Of a DNA stretch of 64,000 nt, positions 29,539-39,791 are shown in pieces (within the stretch, counting starts at the first letter, position 1; every line of letters starts with the position of its first letter). The notes under the pieces were generated by a model. That model ran no database searches. It saw nothing but the letters and a program-made list of their open reading frames with translations, and was not told the DNA's origin. Origin of the DNA: an uncultured bacterium (GTDB lineage: Bacteria; Babelota; Babeliae; Babelales; Vermiphilaceae). The stretch covers positions 704,001 through 768,000 of the forward strand of contig OY970212.1 of assembly GCA_963713925.1 (NCBI GenBank), written 5' to 3'. The position numbers and the translations under genes were made by a program.

Positions 29539-30630
29539 TCACTCAATTGAATGAGTTTCGCCGAATTTTAAAATCTTATATTGCTCTTCCGATCCTACAA
29601 AACAACTCTTGAGTATTTTTATCGGATCAGCAAATGAGTCTGTTCCCAATCGGAATGTTCCCCAATGAATGGGAATAAAAAGCTTTGCATTCAGATCTTT
29701 AAACGCGTGGAATGATTCTTGCGTGCTCATATGAGAATGTTCCATCAAATGACGCGGCTCATTGGGGCCGATTGGTATGAGAGCAACATCGATCCGATTG
29801 AAAAGAGAAGCAATTTCTTTAAAATGGTTGCCTTTGGCAGAATCGCCGGCAAAGTAAATAGTTTTTTGGGGTGTTTCGATCATCCAGCTCCCCCACAAGC
29901 TTGTGTTTACGTCGGCTACCATTCGTTGGCACCAGTGAATTGCGGGAAGAAATGAAAAGAAGATAGGAGATTTTGCGTTTCCATACCCGAGTTTCACAAA
30001 CGTCAGCCTGTCGCCCCAGTTACATTCATAAACGTTTTTGAACTTTCTTTCTTTAAACCATGATGCAGCGCCAAGCGGACAGAGAACGGTCGGATTATAT
30101 TTTTCTTGGATGGCGAGCAAACTTGGTTCATCCATATGATCTCGGTGGGTGTGAGATATGATAATAAAATCAATTTCGGGCAACTGCTCAAGACTAATTC
30201 CCGGATTGCAACTTCTATAATAGAGTGGCGGCATATTAAAAAAATGAGGATCAGAAATAATGTTAAAGTCGTTAACTTGTATGAGCACCGTTGCATGTCC
30301 AACCCACGTGATATTTAATGATTCTGAACGTTCAGGCCCGACATATTTTGTTTGCCATTTTTTGATATCTTCTCCATCAAAATAGGAGCGCATATTGAGC
30401 TTAGTTGCAAGAAAAAGCTGTAAAGCATCGGCAACGTGGCTATGGTCATGGCACTGTTCATCTTGATAAAAAATGCCATCTTTCTGGTATGCGGCTTGAA
30501 TTTCTGCAATTTTAGACCGTTGTATGATCATTCGGGTATCGGTGATTGGGTTATCAACGACCTCTTCACAATGAATTCTCGAGGTATGTGCAATTGTCGC
30601 AATAGAGACCAATAATAATATCTTTTTCAT
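29539..30630 (-). CDS. MBL-fold metallo-hydrolase (NAPE-PLD/RomA-like)
   Basis: TWVGHATVL, SHTHRDHMD, PAIHW, LWGSW, YFAGDS, PIG, PIHWGTF; signal peptide. Confidence 0.9.
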   Translation of the reverse strand: MKKILLLVSIATIAHTSRIHCEEVVDNPITDTRMIIQRSKIAEIQAAYQKDGIFYQDEQCHDHSHVADALQLFLATKLNMRSYFDGEDIKKWQTKYVGPERSESLNITWVGHATVLIQVNDFNIISDPHFFNMPPLYYRSCNPGISLEQLPEIDFIIISHTHRDHMDEPSLLAIQEKYNPTVLCPLGAASWFKERKFKNVYECNWGDRLTFVKLGYGNAKSPIFFSFLPAIHWCQRMVADVNTSLWGSWMIETPQKTIYFAGDSAKGNHFKEIASLFNRIDVALIPIGPNEPRHLMEHSHMSTQESFHAFKDLNAKLFIPIHWGTFRLGTDSFADPIKILKSCFVGSEEQYKILKFGETHSIE

Positions 30631-30838
30631 GGATTGTACTCCTACTTGATAGAATCTATCTTTCTCCAGCATACCCAAGAATGGAAAGAACGCGACCGGT
30701 ATGTTTTCATATAGAAAAGATCAGTGATTGAGTGCATAGGTCAAAGTCATTGGCGATTGACAATGTTATTTCTATCTGCAAAAATTAAAAATGATATGAT
30801 ACGTACTGAAACACCTGAAATGTTTGAATGGGGTTATT

Positions 30839-31492
30839 ATGAAACGAGTAATTCGATACGCTCTTTTTTTGTTTGGCTTTATCCTTGGTCTCAAGACTGA
30901 CGCCAATGATTTTCAGAAGTGGAACACACGAGCTCGCTCTGCAAAATTTTTCAGTATTGGAATGCTTTCCGGATTTGTAATTGCAAATCAAAGCATTGAT
31001 AATCAGAAATATGCACAAAATAATCCGGGGGCACGGAATACTTCCAATCTAAAAGAGCTTGTAAAGTTTATGCCTCCGCAGGTTTTTCGGGCGCTAATGT
31101 CCGCCGGCGTTATAACGAGTGGAGATATATTATCTCGAGTGAAGATAGGTGAATGGTCGAAGCTTGTTGATCTTGCCAATGGTGATAAAACCGTTTCAAA
31201 CGTTTATGAACATTATTCTGGATTGGAGATCAGCTCTATCATTGGAGAGCCAGATAAATATGATCATGCGATCTATTTTACCGGCGACGCATTAGCTCAG
31301 TTTGCCGTAGATGCGTATCGACAAAAGCATGCAGGTCAACCGTTTACCTTTCAATGGAACCCATCGATGATTTTTGCCGCGACTGCGTGGCTCTATATAT
31401 GGAAGACTCGCACGCAAGAAAATCAGATAAAAGAAGAACCGAAAATGCCGGTTTCTAAATCATGGTTTCCGGTGAAAATTCGTTTCAGATAA
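30839..31492 (+). CDS. Hypothetical protein
   Basis: Signal-like N-terminus, hydrophobic segments. Confidence 0.7.
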   Translation: MKRVIRYALFLFGFILGLKTDANDFQKWNTRARSAKFFSIGMLSGFVIANQSIDNQKYAQNNPGARNTSNLKELVKFMPPQVFRALMSAGVITSGDILSRVKIGEWSKLVDLANGDKTVSNVYEHYSGLEISSIIGEPDKYDHAIYFTGDALAQFAVDAYRQKHAGQPFTFQWNPSMIFAATAWLYIWKTRTQENQIKEEPKMPVSKSWFPVKIRFR

Positions 31493-31704
31493 AATGAGTG
31501 AAATGGTAAGAGCAATAAAAAAACTATAAAAACGCTCTTTTGAAGATATCTTTTTAAAAAGTAAGATTTAGTAGCAATAGAACCCGAAGGGGATGTATTC
31601 TGAGAATCCTCTTCAAAGCGATCTCTATTGATTAATTCAATCAATAGTTTGCAAGAAGTGGACAAATTTTCGCAAGAAATAGTGAGTTTACTACCGTTTA
31701 TTCC

Positions 31705-31941
31705 AATGACCAGAAAACCCCAAGGGTTTCAAACCCGGGGATGAATGGTCATCCGCTAGGCTGGATGTGAGCAAAGCCTGAAAGGGTTTGCGAAGAGCCA
31801 ATGAAAAAAGCATACTTAAAATCATGAGGTAAATATTGGAAAGGCACTCAAACAACGCATCGACTTATGATTCACTTAGTATGGATACCGAAATACAGAA
31901 AAAGAGTATTGAAGGGTGAAGTAGCAGATCGAATTAAAGAG
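31705..31941 (+). mobile_element. tnpA: Truncated IS200/IS605-family element (left-end hairpin plus tnpA 5' fragment)
   Basis: Hairpin ATGACCA..AAAACCCC..GGGGATGAATGGTCAT. Frame KYWKGTQTTHRLMIHLVWIPKYRKRVLKGEVADRIKE is the Y1 transposase N-terminus. Frameshift right after ATG 31824; HUH and Tyr motifs absent. Confidence 0.85.
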
Positions 31942-32084
31942 TCGCGTGGAACTTCTCCCAAAGGACATGCGCGGAGTCACTATGATTTCGTACATTGGGA
32001 TATCCAGTATGATTTAGACGTGCACTCAGACAAAACAGCGCTCTTGAAATAGCAAAACAGATACAAAATTTTTTAAAAAAATAA
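31936..32084 (+). pseudogene. 3' remnant resembling a chloramphenicol phosphotransferase (CPT)-like kinase
   Basis: ESRGTSPKGHARSHYDFVHWDIQYDLDVHS..., then a frameshift to LEIAKQIQNFLKK*. Confidence 0.5.
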
Positions 32085-32242
32085 GTAATAAACAATTCAA
32101 ATTTTCCAACTCAAGAATATTGTTACGAGCTCGTTATGAAATATTTTTTCTTTATCTTCCTAACTATTTGTCATCACATGATTATATTTTAAAGAAAGAC
32201 CTTCAGGTCGTTTTACCGTACTTGTCGTATTTTCTTTGTGAC

Positions 32243-32299
32243 TAAATAAACAATGGGGCGGGAATACTATATTCGTATTCCCGCCCCATTGTTTATTTA
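32243..32299. terminator. Long perfect inverted repeat/terminator
   Basis: TAAATAAACAATGGGGCGGGAATAC-TATATTC-GTATTCCCGCCCCATTGTTTATTTA. Confidence 0.75.
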
Positions 32300-32330
32300 A
32301 AGTTGCTAAGAGCCTTATTCGAGGGACTAT

Positions 32331-33443
32331 TTATTCGGGCAGGGGAATAGAAACAGATCTAGATACCAATTCTGCTTTGTCTTTTAATTTGACGAGCAAA
32401 TTTATATCACATTGCATAGCATGTGAATCTTCTTTGATGGAGATAATCTTACATGATTCAACGGGTTTATGAAAAAAAATTTCCGAGCTTGAATGTTCGG
32501 GGTACTCTGCCGATACCAAACTTAAATGAATTCCATTATGATAGCCCTGCGCTGTGTCACAATCTCTGGCAAAAACAATACCACATTTTATTTCGCCGAT
32601 ACTCAATATGCGGCTCGTATACTCCTGCCATGATACAGGGAGTAAGGCCATGGTAATAGGCGTTGCAATAAATGATCCGGAGTAGATGGAAGCTACTATA
32701 GGATTACTCCTACGCTGGCTTCCTTTTTTTGGCTGGAAGCAACACGAACGATCTACAATGCAATAGAAGTCGGTATTTTGCGATATAAATTTAATATGTG
32801 TTGTATCATCAACATTTTTTTTACGAACTAATTGTCCGTTATTTGTTTCAATTGCCTTATTAAAAGGCACATTATCGCTTTCGATCGGTGTCTCATCAAT
32901 AGTTCTTGCGTGTTCCATTGATAAGATATCGGTGTCACGCCAAGAGCAGACAGCTCCTTTTGATTGTAACATGGTAGCGCCATTAATTTTCAAATGATGA
33001 CTTTCCAAGCAGTAAGGAGCCCATTTGACTAGTTCTGAGCAGCTTTTTATACGAGCTGTTTCAGGTACGCTGCAGATAGAATATAACAGTTGATTGACCG
33101 CTTGCTCTGCTTTGTAACCACCTGAAGCATCAACGTACAATTTGTTTTTGATAAATTGGCCTGAAGTAGGAGTGCCAATGAGGGCTGCTATAGCTAATTC
33201 GCTTATAAATGGATACCGAATCCTGGTGCTTGTAATTGCAAAATCCGTAAGATCATCTTTTTGTACGCGAAGCGTGGATTCAGCATCACGTAAAAAGGTA
33301 CGTAGGTCTTTTCTTACTTCATTAAATGTTGTTCCAGTATTAATAATTTTTTGTATGAGCTGTTGTTCATCACTACCTGAGCAATCCATTGCACATAAGG
33401 GTGATAATAATAGAAGAGCAAGAATTGGATGTAATTTCATCAT
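32331..33443 (-). CDS. Hypothetical secreted protein, tandem paralog A
   Basis: LLSPLCA|MD signal; end-to-end similarity with 33539-34639 (e.g. CLESHHLKIN, KPVESCKI, INLLVKLKD). Confidence 0.8.
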   Translation of the reverse strand: MMKLHPILALLLLSPLCAMDCSGSDEQQLIQKIINTGTTFNEVRKDLRTFLRDAESTLRVQKDDLTDFAITSTRIRYPFISELAIAALIGTPTSGQFIKNKLYVDASGGYKAEQAVNQLLYSICSVPETARIKSCSELVKWAPYCLESHHLKINGATMLQSKGAVCSWRDTDILSMEHARTIDETPIESDNVPFNKAIETNNGQLVRKKNVDDTTHIKFISQNTDFYCIVDRSCCFQPKKGSQRRSNPIVASIYSGSFIATPITMALLPVSWQEYTSRILSIGEIKCGIVFARDCDTAQGYHNGIHLSLVSAEYPEHSSSEIFFHKPVESCKIISIKEDSHAMQCDINLLVKLKDKAELVSRSVSIPLPE

Positions 33444-33538
33444 TAAGGATCCCTCTGTTATCATGATTCAAAAAACTAAAGTTAGATTAAATTGGTTGAT
33501 ACGATTGATTCGAGTGAGCGTTTGTAATGAGGATGATG

Positions 33539-34639
33539 TTATAAGCTAACGAAGCGAGATACCAATTCCGTTTGGTCTTTTAACTTGACGAGCAAATTAA
33601 TATAATATTTTGTAGCGACTTGTGGATTTTCTTTGATGGAGACAATCTTACATGATTCAACGGGTTTATCAAAAATAGTTTGCGCGCTTGAAAATTCTGA
33701 TTTTTCTTCTATTGGGAAAGAGTTTAAATGAATTCCATAAGAACCCAATGATCCATGAAAATATCTGGCAAAAATAATACTGGGTCCTATTTGATTGATG
33801 CTCAATATACGACTGATTTTTAGTTGACCTATACTCTTGGGTAGAAAAATCATGTCATTCGGCGTTGCTGTCAATAGCTCCCTATAGAAAAAGGCGGCTA
33901 TGCATTTAGTCATTGGTTGCATAAAACTCAAATAATCTACAGTGCAATAGTGACTGATGTTTTGTGATAAGGAGTACGCATGCGCTTTATCATCAATGTT
34001 TTTTTTAACAATTAATCGCCCATCATTTGTTGCAACTGTAGTATTAAAAGCTACATTGTCGCTTTCGATTGGCATTTCATCAATAGTTTTTAAGCTATCC
34101 ATTGATATGATACCGCCTGTCACATGCCAAGATAAAATAGCACCTTTTGAGTTTAATATAGTAGTATCATTAATTTTCAAATGATGACTTTCTAAGCAAC
34201 GAGGATCCCATTTTGACAACTCTGAGCAGCCTTTTATTCGCGTTTTTAACGGTACGCTACAGATAGAATATAACATTTGGCTGACAGCTCTTTCTGCGTT
34301 ATAGCCACTTAAAAACCTTGGAGTGTCGATGGTTAATTTGTTTTGGATAAATCGACCGGAAGCTTGAGTGCGTATTAAGGAAGCGATCGCTAATTCGTTT
34401 ATATATGGATATCGAGCTGTGGTGGATGTAATGGCGAAATTGGTAAGATCATCTTCTTGTTCGGGGAGTGTTAATTCAGCATCCCGTAAGAGGGTGCGTA
34501 GGTTTTTCCTGACATCATCAAAGGTTGGGCCAGTATTAATGACTTTTTGAATCAGCTGTTTTTCATCAATCTCTGAGTAATCCATTGCGCAGAGAGGAGA
34601 TAGTAATAAGAGAAAAGGGAGAATTGAATATAATTTCAT
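33539..34639 (-). CDS. Hypothetical secreted protein, tandem paralog B
   Basis: GAGGAG RBS, LLSPLCA|MD signal; paralog of 32331-33443. Confidence 0.8.
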   Translation of the reverse strand: MKLYSILPFLLLLSPLCAMDYSEIDEKQLIQKVINTGPTFDDVRKNLRTLLRDAELTLPEQEDDLTNFAITSTTARYPYINELAIASLIRTQASGRFIQNKLTIDTPRFLSGYNAERAVSQMLYSICSVPLKTRIKGCSELSKWDPRCLESHHLKINDTTILNSKGAILSWHVTGGIISMDSLKTIDEMPIESDNVAFNTTVATNDGRLIVKKNIDDKAHAYSLSQNISHYCTVDYLSFMQPMTKCIAAFFYRELLTATPNDMIFLPKSIGQLKISRILSINQIGPSIIFARYFHGSLGSYGIHLNSFPIEEKSEFSSAQTIFDKPVESCKIVSIKENPQVATKYYINLLVKLKDQTELVSRFVSL

Positions 34640-34658
34640 TAAAGACTCCTCTGAGATG

Positions 34659-35609
34659 TTATTTTGGTTCAAGAAGTAAAAGGTTGCTGCTTCCGGGTTT
34701 CAATTTTGCTGCTGTGATTGGTTCCGGGAGCACATGCTTGACAGGAAGCAATGCTTGACCGGTGTCTGTAACTGATTGTGTGAAGTATGTTCGATCAGGT
34801 TTATTTTTGCCATAGGCGATCAAGCACGTATCATTCTGCAAAATGCTCATACTATGGATAGTAGGCTCCCCATCTCCCCACTCATAATCAGCGAGCTGCC
34901 GTGTCGAAGTCCATTTATCATTTCCATATTTTTTAACACGCAATGAAAATATCAGTTTATCATCTAAAGACAAATGTGAAATAATACGAGCACGGTATTG
35001 TAACTCTGATTCACCAGTGACACGAATTACGAGAGAATCTTTCGCATTCAGATCAGTTTTTTTTGTATCATGAACTATTTTCCCTTTTGAATCAAAAGCA
35101 AATTTACTTCGCACGTTGAATGGAAAAATATCATTAAGTGAGGTTATCACTTTCAAATGAGACGTTGAAAGATGCTCTTCTTCTAGCCGGCAGCTGAGTA
35201 ATTGTTCCACAGCAGTTTGAGCAAGTGCTTGCAGCTCAGGTGATTGAAGGCAGCTACTCAAACTTTGATCGTCATGCTTGAAAATTGAAAGGAAATGGGA
35301 AGGGTCTATGTGGCGACATGCGTTGCCGAGAGCTGCTGCGATAGCAAGTTTATTGTATTTTGGGTTGAAATGTCTTTCAAGAGCTGTTACTGCTGTTAAG
35401 ACGAAATCTGTTTGACTGGAAAGCTTGAGAGCTTTTAATCGGATTTTTATTTTTTGTGTAGCTGAATCAAGATCATCTTGCTTTGCTAGGTATTGGCCAA
35501 AAAAATAGAAAGGGCAGGGCATTGTGTCTTGCGTCGATGGATTATCAATATTGTCCATTGCATGAGCAGAAAAGCTATACAAAAATAATATTAAAATATT
35601 TTTTTTCAT
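34659..35609 (-). CDS. Hypothetical secreted protein, distant member of the same family
   Basis: SAHA|MD signal; LAIAAALG, AVEQLL, SHLK, SKG blocks shared with paralogs A and B. Confidence 0.72.
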   Translation of the reverse strand: MKKNILILFLYSFSAHAMDNIDNPSTQDTMPCPFYFFGQYLAKQDDLDSATQKIKIRLKALKLSSQTDFVLTAVTALERHFNPKYNKLAIAAALGNACRHIDPSHFLSIFKHDDQSLSSCLQSPELQALAQTAVEQLLSCRLEEEHLSTSHLKVITSLNDIFPFNVRSKFAFDSKGKIVHDTKKTDLNAKDSLVIRVTGESELQYRARIISHLSLDDKLIFSLRVKKYGNDKWTSTRQLADYEWGDGEPTIHSMSILQNDTCLIAYGKNKPDRTYFTQSVTDTGQALLPVKHVLPEPITAAKLKPGSSNLLLLEPK

Positions 35610-36055
35610 GAATAACCCTGACGCAGATGGTTTTTATGAATAATTTTACCAAAGATACCATTTGTATCGCAATGTGCAAGTTTGGTTTATAAAAAGATAG
35701 ATCTATAAGGGTTATTTATAATATAAATCTCAATTTATTCAAAATTTGATAATCATTTGCAAGACAGCTTTTTGTATCAAGGTAAACATTAGCTCAAATA
35801 ATTTTGAACTTAATAATCTGCACTGATATACTAAGCGTTTTAAATGATACACGAATGACCAATAATATAACTGGAACTGTAAAACTATAGAGTATTGCAA
35901 CAAAATATGAGAAAAGTAGACAGGCTAAAGATCTTGCAATAATAAAACAAAAAGGGAAGTACATCCAAAATGAGATGAGATAATTGTATAGAATTTCCGG
36001 CTTAGAAAGGATTGATCAAATCATTCTGAAGTAAGACGTTTGGTAATTACAAATA

Positions 36056-37834
36056 TTACGATGGTTTTTTATATAGCTTTGGTTGAATATTCTGTTTGAA
36101 CCAATCAAGATCGGGATCTTTCATTTCATTGAGAGCGTTTTGAAAATAATCGATATGTGTATCAAGTTGATTGCGATTATCAGCGATCGTATCTTCACAA
36201 TAATTTAAAGCTTGGAATAAGAGAAGCAGGGCAAGCGGAATATTAAGTTTTTTCCTGCTTATATCACATACTGTTATAATGGATTTTGTCCTATTTAGAT
36301 TCCAATTTGAAAACGGCATCCAATGATTATCCATGTAGAGGTTTTCTGGTCTAGCAGGAACACCCCATGTTTGAAGGCGCCTCATAGGATTTCCTGTTAC
36401 AGTATCCCACAAAACACAGAGATCTCCATCAAAACTCACCAGTAAGTCTTTGTTTGGTGAAAAAGACAGGAGATTAATATGTCTATACCAGGCGTCCTGT
36501 GGATAGGTCAGATTTTGGATCTCATTTCCGCTTTCGGCGTTAAGCAACAATATTTGATAAGGATGAGAAGAACTTTTTTTTAGGGCGGCTGCAATGAGGG
36601 AACCGTCCTTTGAAATTGTAGCACAATCGACAATAGCGTGAGCTGAGGGCCACATATTAATATTCTTGTAATATGGCTTAACTACAGGTTTTCCGGAAGA
36701 TGTAATATCGTATGCGCGGAAATCGCGTAATCCTAAGCGAATAAACTGTTTATTGTCATCTGAAAAAGCAATTGCAGCAGCTGATCGTTTTTTATTTACT
36801 GAAACAGTAGCTGCGGCTGTAGGATTGCTATGTCTACTTTTGCCTTTTTTGCTAACTTTTCTTTCCCAATATACCTTCCCCGTTTCCGTGTCCCAAATTG
36901 TTGTTTTTTTATTGGTTGATAAAGCAAATAGTTTACCATCAGTCGAAAAACGGCAGCGAGCTTTTGATGGAAATGGTTGAGAGTCGGTACTTATTTTAGT
37001 TTTTGGAGAAATTTTTGATTGCAAATTCCAAACAATTCCCTTTTTGCTTTTGTCATGAGTAAAAAGATATCTTCCGTCATCACTAAAACTCATTCGATCT
37101 ATCGGCGCATGATGGCCTATAAGTGGCGGTAGGGTAGCCTCTGTGAGTGGATTTATAAGTTTTATTTTTGAGGGTTGCTTATCAGAAAGTGTTGCATATA
37201 TTGGTTCATTTTCGAGATTTCCCGGAAACAGACACCCGGCAGTTTTTGATTTGAATTCAAAGATAATGGGTGTTGGAGGTGTTAATCTGAAAAGAGAGCG
37301 GCTTAATGTTATTTTGTGAAGATTGCATGCAATAAGATTTTGTAGATCCTTATTGCCGAGCGATCGTATAAAGGCCGGCGGGTTTTATATGAAGCTCGCC
37401 AGATTTTCCTGAGAGACAAGTTTTTCCGTTATTTTTTTTGCCAAAGCGCTGAGTATGATCGGTTCGACTTGGAGAAAATTTGCTGCGGACAGAACAGTAA
37501 GTAAATTATCCAATGCACATGTGATTAGTCTAAGAATAGTACACTCATCTACCTGAGGATAAATGAAATCCATCAGTCGGTACAGTCGGTCAAAAGTTGC
37601 TTTATTAATATGGGATAAAGGAAAGCCTTCGTCATCTGCTGAAGAGCCGAGATCCTCAAACATGTTCTGTATAGTTCTAGATTGCAGGAGCACAGGTAGG
37701 CAATATTTTCCTTTTGTATTATCTTGAAAACTGATGGATATCGTTCGATCGTTGACTTCTAGAAGGGATTGCTGAATGTCGGCGCCGCTGATGAAAGAGC
37801 TCAAGAGGATGGGCAGTATTATAACATGCTTCAT
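36056..37834 (-). pseudogene. Skp1/BTB-like plus WD40-repeat secreted protein interrupted by one in-frame TAA (37385-37387)
   Basis: SRTIQNMFEDLG..FPL..AANFL Skp1-like domain. 97 open codons after the TAA join in frame to the WD40 ORF (GHHAPI..FSDDG, IWDTETG, FSPN, LWDTVTG). Confidence 0.8.
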
Positions 37835-38034
37835 CGGACTCCTTCTAAGATCTTGTTTGCAAACAACTATGATGATAATTTGTTTACTGTTATTTAGTAA
37901 TCTATTTTAGTGTGTTTTTCGGCTTGAAAAGAGTGTTAAAGCGCCTTGACAATAGTACTGTGTGCTGTATTGTTATTTCTAGTAGGTAATTTTTCCGTTA
38001 AATAATTAAATTCTATTGATTGTGGATTCCATTT

Positions 38035-38949
38035 ATGCAGAAATATTGGATTTTTCTTGTGGTATATTTACTACCCATTATAGCTGTCGATAGTAACCAC
38101 ACATGGTTACAGTCAAAATTTGATGCACGAGTCGTAGGTCGATACATGAAAGCAGCGCCTCGAACGATTCAAACGCCTCAAGTAAAGAAGGTGGCATATA
38201 GAGAGGTTACGGAAGCCCGTAAGCATCCTATGCGTTTTGTGGCCGGGCTAGGGTTGAAAGGCTTAGGAGTTGGCGTTGCATACTGGATGGGAGTTTTTAA
38301 TGTTCCATTACTCAATATTTACTGTAGTCTGGACGCAATTGGTAATATCGGGGAGTATGTTGGCAAAAACCTCATTGAAACCACGCCGGAAGCATTTGAA
38401 TATGAAGTGTCTCCGGATGGGCAAGATAAGAAAAATAAACGTATATTAGCAGCGAGTGCTGCAGCCATAATTCCACTTTATCTAATACCCTCACAAAAGG
38501 TCACAAAACCTCAAATAGACTTTTTGAATACCTCAGCCTCTTATCAATTTTGGCAGTTATATAAAGCATCAAGAGGTTATTTAGTAGGCAAGCCAAGGAT
38601 TTGGGTAGGCAACGAATCAATCCCAATTCTGAATGAGAATGATATTATTGATTTGAGTATCGCGGGTCTTTGTGGAACAACATTTCTGGTAAATCCTGCT
38701 GGATGTTCCAGAGGAACATATAAGGCCGATGGCACACCGAATTTTAATATCGCTAAAAACTTAGTGAGAGCAGTGGGTGCGACATATTTGGCGAATAAAA
38801 CCCAAGTTGCTGCTGAGCTTATCAACAAAAAATATAAAATCGTAAATCAAGATTCATATTTCTACGCATCAGCTGCATACGCCGGGAGTATCGCCTCTCA
38901 ATGGTTTGCAAATTGGGCTGTATGTAAAATTGTACCCGAGAAAAAATGA
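38035..38949 (+). CDS. Hypothetical membrane/secreted protein
   Basis: About 304 aa ORF, signal-like N-terminus; TTGACA upstream at ~37946. Confidence 0.72.
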   Translation: MQKYWIFLVVYLLPIIAVDSNHTWLQSKFDARVVGRYMKAAPRTIQTPQVKKVAYREVTEARKHPMRFVAGLGLKGLGVGVAYWMGVFNVPLLNIYCSLDAIGNIGEYVGKNLIETTPEAFEYEVSPDGQDKKNKRILAASAAAIIPLYLIPSQKVTKPQIDFLNTSASYQFWQLYKASRGYLVGKPRIWVGNESIPILNENDIIDLSIAGLCGTTFLVNPAGCSRGTYKADGTPNFNIAKNLVRAVGATYLANKTQVAAELINKKYKIVNQDSYFYASAAYAGSIASQWFANWAVCKIVPEKK

Positions 38950-39023
38950 GCAAGTGATTATCTTATTATAAGAAAAGATACGGAGCTTTTAAGTCCTAGA
39001 GCTTCACTTTTCAAAGGAATGAT

Positions 39024-39623
39024 TTAATGCGGTTTGTGTTTCGACGCAATTTCATATTTCATAAGCAATGCATCACCCAATGGTCTATGAAGTGAGCAAA
39101 TCTTAGTAAATCCTACTTTTTCATAGCATTTAATAGCGATGCTATTCTCTGGTTCCGGATCAACAATAATGGTTGTTATATTGGGTTCAATAGTTTGCAA
39201 ATATTTTATAAATGCTGTGATGAAACGTTGGCCGTAACCTTTACCTATATAATCCGGATCCCCAATAAACTGATCAGTTCCTACGGTATTTTCAGGCAGT
39301 TTAGGTAGCCACATTCCAGTTTTTTCTTCGTTGTAATCAATGTAGTAATATTGAATATAGCCAATTGGGTGGTTATCAAGGTACACAATATACCCGAATG
39401 TATTTTTTGATCGTATTCGTGTGAGAAATTTCTCGATTAATTCTTCTTTTTCAGGCGTTGGCCACCATCGTTGGACATGGGGTTGGTTAAACCAGTTTAT
39501 AAGTAAAGGAATATCGTTTTCAGATATTTTCTTGAATGTAAATGTTTCGTTCATGCAAAAAACTTTCATGTGGAAAGAGAGAAGAAATAGCAATATGGCT
39601 GAGAATGATATGTTTTTTTTCAA
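39024..39623 (-). CDS. GNAT acetyltransferase (AAC(6')-Ib/Acetyltransf_8-like)
   Basis: W...PHV..WW, PIGYIQYY, DQFIG..IGKGYG, DPEPEN..AI.CYEKVGF. Confidence 0.88.
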   Translation of the reverse strand: MKKNISFSAILLFLLSFHMKVFCMNETFTFKKISENDIPLLINWFNQPHVQRWWPTPEKEELIEKFLTRIRSKNTFGYIVYLDNHPIGYIQYYYIDYNEEKTGMWLPKLPENTVGTDQFIGDPDYIGKGYGQRFITAFIKYLQTIEPNITTIIVDPEPENSIAIKCYEKVGFTKICSLHRPLGDALLMKYEIASKHKPH

Positions 39624-39791
39624 TCTATTTCACCTGTTTTGAGTGATCGTAAGATAATTATAGATTAACATTTTTTATTTCTAAAATCATATGTGTATTT
39701 TGTTTTCTTCATTTATAAGAGATGGCCATATAAAAAAATCAGATTTTCGCTATACTCTCATAAAATCATATTTTGTGAAAGGCATTGTGCA

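Noticed and set aside
35640..36050. AT-rich gap with a broken plus-strand frame
   Set aside because: Multiple stops and no recognisable homology; cannot support a call.
37385..37387. Stop-codon reassignment or Sec/Pyl recoding
   Set aside because: The stop is TAA, and TAA, TAG and TGA all terminate conserved genes normally in this window.
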